Shown here: positions 49,099 through 60,208 of the stretch, in pieces
Numbering within the stretch: the stretch's first letter is position 1
How the letters are laid out: the number at the start of each line of letters is the position of its first letter
From: Acholeplasma sp.
Lineage (GTDB): Bacteria; Bacillota_I; Bacilli_A; Acholeplasmatales; UBA5453
Assembly: GCA_036677365.1 (NCBI GenBank)
Contig: JAVBWN010000006.1
Location: 1-64,000, forward strand
Length of the DNA stretch: 64,000 nt
Reading direction: 5' to 3'
Notes under the pieces: model-generated
What the model saw: the letters and a program-made list of their open reading frames with translations, nothing else
Database searches by the model: none
Told to the model about the DNA's origin: nothing
Translations under genes and position numbers: made by a program

Positions 49099-50427
49099 AT
49101 GTTAGATTTTAAATTACTATCAATTGATGAACAAAAATTATATCTAGAAACACTTCATGGTTATGACCTGAAAGAACTATATGAATTCTTAGATGAAGAT
49201 GCTCAAGAAACCTTATTCGATTTATTAGATGATACCCAAAAAGCAGATTTATTGTCTTATCTTAATGTGGATGACGCAGCTCAAATTGTTGAAACCTTAG
49301 ATGCTGAAGAAACCGCGGACATCTTAAATGAGATGGATCCCGATGACGCGATGGACATCATCAATGAACTCGAAGAAGAAACAACCCAAGAGTTCATGGA
49401 TAAGCTTGAACCTGAACTCAAAGAAGACATCCTATCTTTAAGGTCTTATGAAGATTTTGAAACAGGGTCAATCATGAATACCGATTTCATCACACTCACG
49501 ACCGATTTAGATGTCAAAGAAGCGATGAAAAAACTCATCGCTGAAGCCCCAAAAGTTGAAACCATATCGACTTTATTTGTGGTGGATAAACACGATACCT
49601 TTTTGGGTATTGTGCCTTTAAAGAAACTCATCAAAGCGAAATCACCTTGTGATATCGAATCGATATATGAACCAGCCCTCTTTGTTCTAGATACCGATGA
49701 CAAAGAAGAAACAGCCACCCTCATCCAAGAAGAAGGGATTAACATCTTACCGGTTTTGGATGAAAACCACATCTTAAAAGGCATCGTTACGGTCGATGAT
49801 GCGATCGATACTTATGAAGATGAAATGATTGAAGACTTCCAAAAAATGACTGCTTTAAGAGAAGAACACACCGATTCGACATTCTTCAGTGCTTTGAAGC
49901 GTTTGCCCTGGCTGGTGGTATTGTTGTTATTAGCCCTACCCATCGCCAATCTAGCTTTACAATTTGAAGGGGTCTTAAAAGACTATACCATCATCATCAT
50001 TTTACAACCCCTCATCCTATCGATGATTGGGAATGCGGGGACACAGACCTTAACCTTTAGCTTAATCATGATTGCAGATAATGAACCATCGAATGTCGTG
50101 AAAAGAAATATATTCTATGAGGTCTCTGCCGCTGCTTTTTCCGGGATATTACTTTCAATCATTTCCTTTATCGTTACGATTGGATTCATCATTTTGAACC
50201 CGAGTTTATCCGAAGACCCGATTATTTTCGCAAGTATCGTTGGCTTAAGTGTATTGTTGTCTTTAATCATTGGAACATTCTTCTCAGCGATCATCCCGGT
50301 ATTGATTAGCAAGACTGGATTGGATCCAGCCAGTGCTTCAGGACCCTTATTAACCACCGTGATTGACATCACAACCATATTAACTTATTACGGGATTGCT
50401 ACCCTCATGATTGGGGTGTTATTATGA
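49099..50427 (+). CDS. mgtE: Magnesium transporter MgtE (N-domain + CBS pair + TM)
   Basis: Acidic N-domain, TGSIMNTD, KRLPWL, GNAGTQ, DPASASGP..TT..D. Confidence 0.9.
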   Translation: MLDFKLLSIDEQKLYLETLHGYDLKELYEFLDEDAQETLFDLLDDTQKADLLSYLNVDDAAQIVETLDAEETADILNEMDPDDAMDIINELEEETTQEFMDKLEPELKEDILSLRSYEDFETGSIMNTDFITLTTDLDVKEAMKKLIAEAPKVETISTLFVVDKHDTFLGIVPLKKLIKAKSPCDIESIYEPALFVLDTDDKEETATLIQEEGINILPVLDENHILKGIVTVDDAIDTYEDEMIEDFQKMTALREEHTDSTFFSALKRLPWLVVLLLLALPIANLALQFEGVLKDYTIIIILQPLILSMIGNAGTQTLTFSLIMIADNEPSNVVKRNIFYEVSAAAFSGILLSIISFIVTIGFIILNPSLSEDPIIFASIVGLSVLLSLIIGTFFSAIIPVLISKTGLDPASASGPLLTTVIDITTILTYYGIATLMIGVLL

Positions 50428-51383
50428 ATCTAAGAGAAGTCATGAATACCCACATCCTTACTTTAAGTCCAACGATGGATGTTAAAGAAGCGATGAAGAA
50501 GGTTGTCAAACAATCCAATGATGACACATTGATTGATATTTTGTATGTCACGCAAGATGATCAATTGGTTGGGGTTGTGGATTTAAAAGAATTGATCATT
50601 GCGAGAAGTCCAATCACAATTGAGGCAATCATGCGTAAAAACTATCATTTTGTCTTTGAAGATGAACCAGTTTCAAAGGCCATCGATACCGTTCAAAAGT
50701 ATGACCGAATCATGATTCCAATCTTATCTAAGACTAAGACATTATTAGGTGTCATCACCGCGGAAATGGCTTTAGATTTACTCGCTGAAGAAACCTTAGA
50801 AGACTACCATAAACTCGCATCCTTAAACGAATACGATGTGCATTCAAAACCATTGATTCGAAGTAAAAAACGATTACCATGGCTGTTATTGTTGCTGGGG
50901 TTATCATTGATTACGGCTTCCGTACTCTCGTTCTTTGAAGCGACTTTACAAACCGTCATCATCTTGGTTTTATTTCAACCGATGATTTTAGATTCCGCCG
51001 GTAACATTTCCACCCAATCGCTTGCGAAAGCCATCCTTGTCATCAACGATGACCCGGATGCGGATATGAAACCATTCATCATCAAAGAGTTACTCATTGG
51101 TTTGATGAATTCAACCTTCTTGGCGTTGGTTGGGTTTACGTTCAGCTATCTATTCTTGTGGGTATTCCAAAATAACAACGTAGACATTAAAGTCAGTTTC
51201 ACCGTAGGTTTGGCTTTATTTGTTGCTTTACTCGTCGGTGCCGTCACAGGGGCATTTGTACCGATGATTTTAAGAAAAATGAAGATTGACCCATCGGTTG
51301 CGTCAGGACCATTCATGACCACACTCAATGACGTTATAGCCTTGACCATTTACTTTTCTCTCGCGACCCTCATTCTATTATAA
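50424..51383 (+). CDS. mgtE: Second MgtE paralog lacking the N-domain (CBS + TM)
   Basis: KRLPWL, AGNISTQS, DPSVASGPFMTTLND; ATGA overlap with the first copy. Confidence 0.85.
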   Translation: MNLREVMNTHILTLSPTMDVKEAMKKVVKQSNDDTLIDILYVTQDDQLVGVVDLKELIIARSPITIEAIMRKNYHFVFEDEPVSKAIDTVQKYDRIMIPILSKTKTLLGVITAEMALDLLAEETLEDYHKLASLNEYDVHSKPLIRSKKRLPWLLLLLGLSLITASVLSFFEATLQTVIILVLFQPMILDSAGNISTQSLAKAILVINDDPDADMKPFIIKELLIGLMNSTFLALVGFTFSYLFLWVFQNNNVDIKVSFTVGLALFVALLVGAVTGAFVPMILRKMKIDPSVASGPFMTTLNDVIALTIYFSLATLILL

Positions 51384-51396
51384 AAGGAGATTTCAG

Positions 51397-52899
51397 ATGA
51401 ATCATTTAGATGTTTACCTAGCTTCAAGAAAACAAAAATTAGCTTATCAATATGCCTTATGGTTATTGTCTTGGGACCAAGAAACCGAAACACCGAACGA
51501 TGCGATGCAATACAGAAGTGATCAAATCGAAGTGTTGTCCACCCTCGCTTATGAGGTAGAGATGGATCCAAAACGCATTGAAGCAATTGATTTTTTAGCA
51601 CTCAACTCAGAAACATTAACTGAGGACTTAAAAGTTGAGATCAAACGTGTGAAGAAGGATTTGGATCAACTCAGAAAAATCCCAAAACAAGATTACATCG
51701 ATTTCCAAGTCTTGTTATCACAAGCTGGACACATTTGGTCCAATGCGAAAAAGAACAACGATTTTGCTTCTTATTTACCAACCCTTGAAAAAGTCATCAG
51801 CTATCAAAAGAAATTAGTCAAATACCTTTCAACCGATACAGTTAAAGGCTATGACGTGCTTTTAGATATGTACGAACCAGGCATGACTGTGGTAGATTAT
51901 GACCATTTCTTTGAGACATTAAAAACCGATTTAGTGCCGTTTGTGATGAAGGCTGCTAAAGTCAAACAATCGTTATCTAAAAAACTCATCAAGGGACATT
52001 TTTCAAAAGACCAACAAATCGCGTTTAATACCTATTTACTCGATGTATTTAAATACGATCAAAATAAAGGGGTATTGAAACAAAGTGCCCACCCATTCAC
52101 GTCTGGGGTCGCGAGTGTCGATACCCGTATCACCACCGCGTACCATGAAGACGATGTGAGAAGTGCGATTTTCTCTACCATCCATGAAATGGGACACGCG
52201 ATTTATGAACAACAAGTGAAGCCGGAATACGATTATACCGAACTCAAAGGTGGCGTATCGATGGGGATACACGAATCACAGTCCCGTTTCTATGAAAACA
52301 TGATTGGCCGTAGTGAAGCCTTTTGGGACACCCATTATGACAAACTCGTTGAAACTTTCCCTAAAGCGCTTAAAGGGGTAAGCAAACAAGCATTCATCCT
52401 ATACATCAACCAAGTCAAACGTGACTTCATCCGAGTTGAAGCCGATGAACTCACCTATAGCTTGCATGTGATGGTTCGTTATGAAATTGAAAAACAACTA
52501 TTCAATGGTAAACTCCAAGCAAAAGACCTACCTAAAATATGGAATAAACTCTATAAGAAATATCTCGGGTTAACACCGAAAACAGATACCGAAGGTGTCT
52601 TACAAGACATCCACTGGGCATTTGGTTCATTTGGGTATTTCCCAACCTACGCACTCGGTTCAGCGATTTCCGCTCAAATCTATCACCGTATGAATCAGGA
52701 TTTCAACATTGAACAAGTGGTCAGAGATAATGAAATCGTTAAGATCAATGCGTGGTTAAAAGAAAAAATTCACCAATATGGTAAATCCATTGAACCAAAA
52801 ACACTCATCTTACAAGCCACCAATGAACCATTTAACCCACAATATTATGTGAATTATTTGAAAGAAAAATACTCGAAGATTTTAAACATCGAGGCCTAG
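51397..52899 (+). CDS. M32 family carboxypeptidase
   Basis: HPF, HEMGH, HESQS, IRVEADE, GVLQDIHW, GYFPTYALG. Confidence 0.95.
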   Translation: MNHLDVYLASRKQKLAYQYALWLLSWDQETETPNDAMQYRSDQIEVLSTLAYEVEMDPKRIEAIDFLALNSETLTEDLKVEIKRVKKDLDQLRKIPKQDYIDFQVLLSQAGHIWSNAKKNNDFASYLPTLEKVISYQKKLVKYLSTDTVKGYDVLLDMYEPGMTVVDYDHFFETLKTDLVPFVMKAAKVKQSLSKKLIKGHFSKDQQIAFNTYLLDVFKYDQNKGVLKQSAHPFTSGVASVDTRITTAYHEDDVRSAIFSTIHEMGHAIYEQQVKPEYDYTELKGGVSMGIHESQSRFYENMIGRSEAFWDTHYDKLVETFPKALKGVSKQAFILYINQVKRDFIRVEADELTYSLHVMVRYEIEKQLFNGKLQAKDLPKIWNKLYKKYLGLTPKTDTEGVLQDIHWAFGSFGYFPTYALGSAISAQIYHRMNQDFNIEQVVRDNEIVKINAWLKEKIHQYGKSIEPKTLILQATNEPFNPQYYVNYLKEKYSKILNIEA

Positions 52900-52907
52900 G
52901 AGGGCTT

Positions 52908-54104
52908 ATGCAATCCCTACGTAAACTATACAAGATTGGCCATGGTCCCTCATCGTCTCATACAATGGGACCCGGATTCGCAGCAGAATTTGTCAAAAAC
53001 AAGCACCAAAACGCGACCCATTATGTCGTGACTTTATACAACTCTCTAGCCCTTACAGGTAAAGGCCATTTAACCGATGCCATCATCGAACAAACCCTTA
53101 AACCTAAGCCAGTCACATTTAAATTTAACGTTGACGTTAAACAACACCCCAACTATTTCGTGTTCGAGGTGTTTGAACACGACACCTTATTAGACACCAT
53201 TTCAGTGCGTTCCATTGGGGGTGGAGACATCTTATTTGATAAGGAAGAAAACCACATCGAAATGGTTTACCCACACCAATCGTTTGATGAGATTAAAGCG
53301 TATTGTTTAGCGAATAACATCAATCTATACCAATATGTGAAAGCTTTTGAAGGCGTATCCATCGATGATTTCTTAGGTGAGATCTGGCAACAACTTCAAA
53401 GTACCGTTGAAAAAGGCTTAAAAACCGAAGGCGTTTTACCAGGTGACCTCAAAGTCCAACGTAAAGCGAAAACCTTGATGGACCGCGCGAAAGCCACCGA
53501 AACGGAAGCTCAAAAACAAAACCGTTTGGTCTCTGCGTATGCATTCGCGGCCTCTGAAGAAAATGGGTCTGGTGGGATCATCGTCACCGCACCTACTTGT
53601 GGGGCATCCGGTGTCTTACCAGCGGTGTTATATTACATGAAACACCACCAAGGGATTTCGGATCAAAAGATCATCGAATCCCTAGCGGTTGCCGGCATCA
53701 TTGGCAATGTCATCAAAACCAACGCCACCATTTCAGGCGCGGTCGGTGGGTGTCAAGCCGAAGTGGGTTCAGCGTGTTCTATGACCGCAGCAGCCCATGC
53801 GTATTTATCTGAATTAGAAATTGAACAAATTGAATACGCAGCAGAAATCGCGATGGAACACCACTTAGGGCTAACCTGTGATCCGATTGACGGGTATGTT
53901 CAAATCCCATGTATCGAAAGAAACGCGGTTGCAGGCATTCGTGCCATCAACGCTTCAGGCTTGTCGGGATTTTTAAGTGATACCAGAAAAATATCCTTTG
54001 ATATGATCGTCCATACGATGTATCAAACCGGATTAGATATGCATCCAAAATACAAAGAAACGGCCGAAGCTGGGATGGCCTATTTCTACAAACAAAAGAA
54101 ATGA
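52908..54104 (+). CDS. sdaA: Fe-S L-serine dehydratase, single-chain
   Basis: GPSSSHTMGP, TAPTCG, GGCQAEVG, GLTCDP, PCIERN. Confidence 0.93.
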   Translation: MQSLRKLYKIGHGPSSSHTMGPGFAAEFVKNKHQNATHYVVTLYNSLALTGKGHLTDAIIEQTLKPKPVTFKFNVDVKQHPNYFVFEVFEHDTLLDTISVRSIGGGDILFDKEENHIEMVYPHQSFDEIKAYCLANNINLYQYVKAFEGVSIDDFLGEIWQQLQSTVEKGLKTEGVLPGDLKVQRKAKTLMDRAKATETEAQKQNRLVSAYAFAASEENGSGGIIVTAPTCGASGVLPAVLYYMKHHQGISDQKIIESLAVAGIIGNVIKTNATISGAVGGCQAEVGSACSMTAAAHAYLSELEIEQIEYAAEIAMEHHLGLTCDPIDGYVQIPCIERNAVAGIRAINASGLSGFLSDTRKISFDMIVHTMYQTGLDMHPKYKETAEAGMAYFYKQKK

Positions 54105-55378
54105 ACGAACCCATCATGTTAACAGCCCTCGACCTCGATTACCAAGGTCAAGGCGTCTGTCGTTATCAAGATAAAGTGGTATTTGTGAAAGGCATGTTGA
54201 AGGGTGAAACCGGTTTGGTTCGCATTTTAAAAGATAAGAAATCGTATTTTATCGGCGAACTCTTAAACCTAAAAACCCGAAGTAACCAACGCGTGGATGT
54301 AACAAACCCAGATGACCTACACTACGCACCCCTGTTACATTTATCGATACCTGCACAACTGGAGTGGCAACAAAAAATCACCGAAGAAACGTTCAGAAAG
54401 ATTGCGAAAATGGATGTGTCTATCGACCCCATTCTTTATGATAAAAGAGATTTAGGGTATCGTAATAAAATCACTGTACATGTCGTAAAACAAGAGCGGC
54501 TTAGAATTGGGGTATTCGCTTCACAAAGCCATCGTTTGTACCCTATAAAACATATGATTTTGGCTGCCGATGTGATTCAAAAAGCACTCGATAAGTTGAA
54601 TGAAGTCTTTCAAATGGTATCGCTACAGGACGATACATTGAAACACATTACGATCCGTAGTCACCAACAAAAAGTGATGATCATTTTCTCAACCACACAA
54701 AAAACGTGGATTGAAAAAGACACCATACTTGCGCATTTAAACTTACCGTTTATCACATCCATCTATCAAAACATCCTAGATTCTGATTTTGAAAACTTAG
54801 GCAAAGAATCCATCCTCCTCTATGGTGAAGAGGCGTTAGAAATTCAATTTGGTGGATTAAAATTCCCTGTGAAACCAGGCGCATTCTTCCAAGTCAATAC
54901 ACCAGTAGCGCTCAAAATGTATGAAAAAGTGAAAGCTTTGATTACAGGAAAAAACGTCATCGATGCGTATGCAGGGATGGCGTCTATAGGGCAGTTCATT
55001 TCATCCAATGTCGATCGAGTCTATGCAATCGAATCGAATCCTGACGCAGTAGAATCGGCCAAATTATCGATTGAAAACAATCAAATTAAAAACGTTGAAG
55101 TGATTGAGAACGATGTTGCTTTAGCCATCGAACAATACCTATCAAAAGCCGACACGATTGTCTTTGACCCACCAAGAAGTGGACTAGATGACACCACCAA
55201 AGCCATGTTACTAGAAAAACCTGTTTCAGAAATCATTTATGTGTCTTGTGACTTAAAGACACTGGTAAGAGACATCAATACTTTAAAAACCATCTACAAA
55301 GTAACCTCTGTGACCCCGGTTAAAATGTTCTTCCATACCGTTGAAACAGAAACGATTGTCAGACTAGAAAAAATGTGA
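54101..55378 (+). CDS. rlmD: 23S rRNA (uracil-5)-methyltransferase RlmD-like
   Basis: TRAM-like N-terminus, YRNK, FFQVN, DPPRSG, YVSC. Confidence 0.88.
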   Translation: MNEPIMLTALDLDYQGQGVCRYQDKVVFVKGMLKGETGLVRILKDKKSYFIGELLNLKTRSNQRVDVTNPDDLHYAPLLHLSIPAQLEWQQKITEETFRKIAKMDVSIDPILYDKRDLGYRNKITVHVVKQERLRIGVFASQSHRLYPIKHMILAADVIQKALDKLNEVFQMVSLQDDTLKHITIRSHQQKVMIIFSTTQKTWIEKDTILAHLNLPFITSIYQNILDSDFENLGKESILLYGEEALEIQFGGLKFPVKPGAFFQVNTPVALKMYEKVKALITGKNVIDAYAGMASIGQFISSNVDRVYAIESNPDAVESAKLSIENNQIKNVEVIENDVALAIEQYLSKADTIVFDPPRSGLDDTTKAMLLEKPVSEIIYVSCDLKTLVRDINTLKTIYKVTSVTPVKMFFHTVETETIVRLEKM

Positions 55379-55493
55379 AAGTTAATATATTTTACTAAAC
55401 TAATTCATACAATGTAAAAAACGGGTAATATTTGATTCAAACTGAAATGATAGTGATATAATGACCTCATCCAAGAAATGAGGTTTTTATTTT

Positions 55494-57803
55494 ATGCTTA
55501 AACTACAACACATTAAAAAGGACTATATGATTGCGGGAAAACCATTCACTGCACTTCATGACATCAACTTAACATTTGATCGTAGCGAATTTGTTGCAAT
55601 ACTGGGGCCATCCGGTTGTGGGAAGACCACATTATTAAACCTGATTGGTGGTTTGGACCAATATACCTCAGGGGATTTAGTCATTGAAAACAAATCCACC
55701 AAACGGTTTGATGACCGCGACTGGGATGCGTATCGAAACAACAAAGTCGGGTTTATTTTCCAAAATTACAACCTCATCAACCATATCTCCATCATCGAAA
55801 ACGTAGAGCTTGGGATGACTTTGGCTGGTAAATCATCTGAAGAACGTCGATTAATAGCAGAAGCGGTCTTAAAACGTGTAGGCCTAGAAGACCAAATGTA
55901 CAAACGTTCCGCCCAATTATCGGGTGGTCAGAAACAAAGGGTTGCGATTGCAAGAGCGTTAGCGAATGACCCAGAAATCATCTTAGCCGATGAACCCACA
56001 GGGGCGTTGGATTCGGTCACCTCAGTTCAAATTTTGGAACTCATTCAAGAAATCTCCAAAGAAAAACTCGTCATTATGGTGACCCACAATCAAGACTTAG
56101 CAGATACCTATGCCACCAGAACGATTCGATTGCTCGATGGTAATGTCGTATCTGATACCAAAGTTCAATCCAAAGAAATCAAAGAAGATACCATCTATAC
56201 CCCAAAGAAAACATCGATGTCTTATCTACAAGCCATCAAGTTATCTTTTAACAACTTAAGAACCAAACTCGCTAGAACCCTCATCACAGCGTTCGCTGGG
56301 TCGATTGGGATCATCGGGGTACTCCTCGTATTAGGGGTGGGGAATGGATTCAATAAAACCGTCTCTGATTTGGAACGTGGGGCTTTGGTTTCCATCCCAA
56401 TCATGATCAATCAATACTCAGTAACCTTCGGACCACCAGACTTTAATGCACCTGAACCCGTATCGGATGGATTCATTAAACCCTATGATTCAAGTGTACC
56501 TCAACAAGCGTATTTGAATAACTTATCCCCTGAATTCATTGCTTATCTTGAAGCGAATTTGAATCCTGCGGATTATACGACCATCGAATATGAATACGCC
56601 ATTCAAACGTTACTCTTACAAGAACAAAATGGCTTGTACCGTACCGTAGACAAAGGTGCGATTACCTTTGGACAAACGAACAAACCATTTTTAAATGAGT
56701 ATTTTGATGTCATGGCAGGATCATTGACTGTAAATGACCCGAATGTCTATGAAATATTCATTTTATTGAACGATGAATATGGTGTCGATAAACGTGTATT
56801 AGAAGCTTTCAATTTACCAATCGATGGATCGGTGGAATATACTGATTTGATTGGTAAAACCTTGGTTTCACCTTATTATAATGATTATTATGTCGCTGAT
56901 TCCACGACCATTGCAGGAAAGACCATCTTTGATGAAAACCCGGATTTATCCGTCGCTTTCAACAACGGTATGGTACTTAAAGTATCTGCAATTTTAGCCC
57001 CTAAAGCTGAAAATGTATTTACCATCGATGATGGTGTCTATCATTTAGATGATTTCAATCAAGTCTTATTGAGTAATGCACTAACCAGTGATATAGGGAT
57101 TGCACAACAAAACTCAAATTATTATGTGATTGAATTTAAAGCTCAAGGTCAAAGCACCAGACCCGCTGGTGCGAACTTTTTTGTAGAAGCATTAGAAAGA
57201 CCGCTCATTGAGTCCTTCTTAGGTGTGGATCAAAAACCAGTATCTATCAGCATTTATCCAGTATCTTACGAATCCAAAGAAGGTATCATCAATGTCATGG
57301 ATGCTTACAATAAAGCCGCAGCAGAAGGCGATCAAATCATCTATTTAGACCTCGCTGAAACCATTGGTTCAGCCTTAGGTAGTGTGGTGAACATGATTTC
57401 AATTGTGTTGGTCATTTTCGCTGGTATATCGTTAGTGGTATCCTCTATTATGATTGGTATCATCACCTATGTTTCAGTCATAGAACGTACCCAAGAAATT
57501 GGGGTACTCCGTGCCTTAGGTGCGAGAAAGAAAGATGTTAAGCGTGTATTCAACTCTGAAACCTTCCTCATCGGTTTAACCGCAGGTATTTTGGGTTCAG
57601 TGATTACGTACATCTTATCCTTCCCAATCAACATCATTGTTGAAAACCTCAATGCTCAAATGGCGAACATTATGCAGCTATCGTGGGTGCATGTGCTTTC
57701 CATGATTGCCGTATCGATTTCATTGACATTCATCGCTGGATTATTCCCTGCATCGCTAGCAGCAAAGAAGAACCCAGTCGAAGCATTAAGAGCGAACGAC
57801 TAA
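55494..57803 (+). CDS. Fused ABC ATPase/permease (MacB/FtsX-like)
   Basis: GPSGCGKT, LSGGQ, ADEPTG, ERTQEIG..RALGA, PVEALR. Confidence 0.92.
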   Translation: MLKLQHIKKDYMIAGKPFTALHDINLTFDRSEFVAILGPSGCGKTTLLNLIGGLDQYTSGDLVIENKSTKRFDDRDWDAYRNNKVGFIFQNYNLINHISIIENVELGMTLAGKSSEERRLIAEAVLKRVGLEDQMYKRSAQLSGGQKQRVAIARALANDPEIILADEPTGALDSVTSVQILELIQEISKEKLVIMVTHNQDLADTYATRTIRLLDGNVVSDTKVQSKEIKEDTIYTPKKTSMSYLQAIKLSFNNLRTKLARTLITAFAGSIGIIGVLLVLGVGNGFNKTVSDLERGALVSIPIMINQYSVTFGPPDFNAPEPVSDGFIKPYDSSVPQQAYLNNLSPEFIAYLEANLNPADYTTIEYEYAIQTLLLQEQNGLYRTVDKGAITFGQTNKPFLNEYFDVMAGSLTVNDPNVYEIFILLNDEYGVDKRVLEAFNLPIDGSVEYTDLIGKTLVSPYYNDYYVADSTTIAGKTIFDENPDLSVAFNNGMVLKVSAILAPKAENVFTIDDGVYHLDDFNQVLLSNALTSDIGIAQQNSNYYVIEFKAQGQSTRPAGANFFVEALERPLIESFLGVDQKPVSISIYPVSYESKEGIINVMDAYNKAAAEGDQIIYLDLAETIGSALGSVVNMISIVLVIFAGISLVVSSIMIGIITYVSVIERTQEIGVLRALGARKKDVKRVFNSETFLIGLTAGILGSVITYILSFPINIIVENLNAQMANIMQLSWVHVLSMIAVSISLTFIAGLFPASLAAKKNPVEALRAND

Positions 57804-57808
57804 AAAAT

Positions 57809-57846
57809 AAACGGTCACTTTCAAATTTACTTGAAGGTGACCGTTT
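57809..57846. terminator. Long bidirectional terminator overlapping the 3' end of the convergent gene
   Basis: AAACGGTCACTTTCAA / TTGAAGGTGACCGTTT. Confidence 0.75.
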
Positions 57847-59188
57847 TGTTTTCAATGGTTTCTAGCATGGCGAATAGTAAAAGGGTTGCGAGTGTGTAGA
57901 CAATCATGTACATCGTGTTATCAATCAACCCATGGATTTGTGAGACTATAATACCTATAAGGATTAAACTCTTAACGACGAATCTATGTTTAAATAAGAA
58001 TTTAAAGGTTTGATAGAAGTAGTAGACTAATCCCAGTAATCCAAAAGTACCCATCACCGCTAAGGTATGGAATAAGGTTGAATGGAAGACTTGAATGCGA
58101 TCTGGATTACCAATATCGGTCATTGCTTCCCAACCACCGCCAAAGACTGGGAATTCTTTATAGATATCCAATGCGTGTCTATATAAAGTGAGTCGATTGG
58201 ATGTAAAACTATCTAAATCATCTAGCCCACCTTGAATCGCGATTTCATAGGCGATTTCTACCAACAGCCTCAATTCATATAGCGCTAACGCGACCAGAAT
58301 AAAGGCGTAAATCATATTGAGTATGCCCCATTTATTGGTTTTCTTTATCACGTAAGGCACATAGATTAAGAAAGACAAGAACATCGATAAATAACCGCCT
58401 CTTGAGGCTGATACGAACACGACAAAACCGGTTAATAACGGGGTAATCCAGTATAATATATTTTTTGGATGTTTGATGATGAAATAAAATTGTGAACCCA
58501 TCAATAAGGTAATGTGGATGACCACATCGTTGATATTTGCCCACCCAAAATCACCATGGAACCATGACGATTTCATCCCTAATGAAATACGCTCTCGCAT
58601 CGGTTTATCGAGATTTTCTAAGAAGAATCCTAGACCAATGTTATAGGATAATTCAGCGAGTAACAAGAGGGATGCGAAGAAGAGAATTCTCATCATATAG
58701 GATTCATCGGTTTTTAAGGTTTGTCTAAAAAACTGATAGAGAATTAAATAGATAAAACCAATCAATGAAAGTATAAGATAGGTCGGTGTAATATCGACAT
58801 ATAGACTGGATGCGATATACGCTATCGCAATCCATAAATACGGCTTGGTTAATACCCCTTTGGAAAACTTAACCTTAAACCGGATGAAATGAACGATGAT
58901 GCTGATGAATAAGAATATCGGAATCAGGAAAATCCATCCAAAGGAACTGATGGTATTCAAGTTTGGATTTTGCATATTGTACATATACATAATACCAATC
59001 AGAATTGGTATGGTATAAATGGTGTTTTCTATCCAAATTAAGATTAATGATATCAGGATGATGAAAAAGAAGATGGTATAGAGGTTATACATTTGGTTTT
59101 CTCCTCTAGAGATAAAACCTAAAAAAGCCAACCCATTGACCAGTAGTAGAAAGATATTGGATTTTAAGAAGGCTTCTAACTTTTTCAT
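57827..59188 (-). CDS. O-antigen ligase / Wzy-like polytopic membrane protein
   Basis: About 12 TM segments; SRGG, R..LY, PVFGGG, FHST..H motifs. Confidence 0.75.
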   Translation of the reverse strand: MKKLEAFLKSNIFLLLVNGLAFLGFISRGENQMYNLYTIFFFIILISLILIWIENTIYTIPILIGIMYMYNMQNPNLNTISSFGWIFLIPIFLFISIIVHFIRFKVKFSKGVLTKPYLWIAIAYIASSLYVDITPTYLILSLIGFIYLILYQFFRQTLKTDESYMMRILFFASLLLLAELSYNIGLGFFLENLDKPMRERISLGMKSSWFHGDFGWANINDVVIHITLLMGSQFYFIIKHPKNILYWITPLLTGFVVFVSASRGGYLSMFLSFLIYVPYVIKKTNKWGILNMIYAFILVALALYELRLLVEIAYEIAIQGGLDDLDSFTSNRLTLYRHALDIYKEFPVFGGGWEAMTDIGNPDRIQVFHSTLFHTLAVMGTFGLLGLVYYFYQTFKFLFKHRFVVKSLILIGIIVSQIHGLIDNTMYMIVYTLATLLLFAMLETIENKTVTFK

Positions 59189-59222
59189 GAAAAAACCTCA
59201 GTATGTTTATTATAAAACAAAA

Positions 59223-59843
59223 TCAAGCCATTCTAACCACACTATTGAATTTCTTTTCAAAACCTATGTGTGTTGTACGTCCATGACCAGGGTAACACAT
59301 GGTGTTGTCGGGTAGTAAATAGAGTTTGTTCAATAGGCTATCTTTTAAGTCTATAAAAGAGGATAAATATAAATCGGTTCTACCAACCGTCATATAAAAG
59401 AGGGTATCACCAGAAAACAATACACCTTCGCTGGCTAAATAAAGACTGGTCCCCCCTTGAGAATGGCCTGGGGTATGGATGACTTTAAATACGATATCTT
59501 GAAACGTGATTTCTTGTTCAATATCTGAATCCAACCAACTATCGACATGTACTTTATAACCCAACCGTGAAATACCCAAGGCAGGGTCAAAGAAGACAGC
59601 ATCTAATTTAGGTGCGATGACTTCCGCTTTAGGGTATAAAGCTTTCAAAACATTGATACCCCCAATATGATCAAAATGGCCGTGGGTCGCGTAGATGATA
59701 TCGACTTCCAAATCATTATCCTTTAGAAATTGTTTGACTGCCATCGAATCATAACCAGGGTCAATGACCAAAGCGTGTTGGTTCTTAACAACGATATAGC
59801 AGTTGCTTTTGATATCACCAAGTGTGAAACGTTTGATTTCCAT
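59223..59843 (-). CDS. MBL-fold metallo-hydrolase (glyoxalase II-like)
   Basis: THGHFDHIG, TPGHS, FSGDTLF, YPGHG. Confidence 0.92.
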   Translation of the reverse strand: MEIKRFTLGDIKSNCYIVVKNQHALVIDPGYDSMAVKQFLKDNDLEVDIIYATHGHFDHIGGINVLKALYPKAEVIAPKLDAVFFDPALGISRLGYKVHVDSWLDSDIEQEITFQDIVFKVIHTPGHSQGGTSLYLASEGVLFSGDTLFYMTVGRTDLYLSSFIDLKDSLLNKLYLLPDNTMCYPGHGRTTHIGFEKKFNSVVRMA

Positions 59844-59941
59844 AGAAACACCTCATACTCATTATAGCGTTTTCTAAAGAAACGTAAAGTATTACACGCA
59901 TAACACCAATGAAAAAAGCACATCATCACATGTGCTTAGAC

Positions 59942-60202
59942 TCATTCATAGTGTATCCATAATCGCAGGATAATGATGGCTTTATGGCCTTCATCTATCT
60001 TATATATCAATCGGTGTTGTCGGTTGATTCTTCTCGAATAAGCACCTTTTAAATCGCCAACTAATTTTTCATAGGGTGGTGGCGTCTCAAAAGGATTTTT
60101 TCGAATGATGTCAATCAGATTTTTAGCCTTTTGATCTAAACCTGCCCGTTTTAAATCATCGATGTCTTTGATTGCCTGTTTTGTATAACGGATCTCATAC
60201 AT
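59942..60202 (-). CDS. yoeB: Txe/YoeB family toxin
   Basis: PPYEKLVGDLKGAYSRRINRQHRLIY...W.HYE. Confidence 0.93.
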   Translation of the reverse strand: MYEIRYTKQAIKDIDDLKRAGLDQKAKNLIDIIRKNPFETPPPYEKLVGDLKGAYSRRINRQHRLIYKIDEGHKAIIILRLWIHYE

Positions 60203-60208
60203 GGGGTA

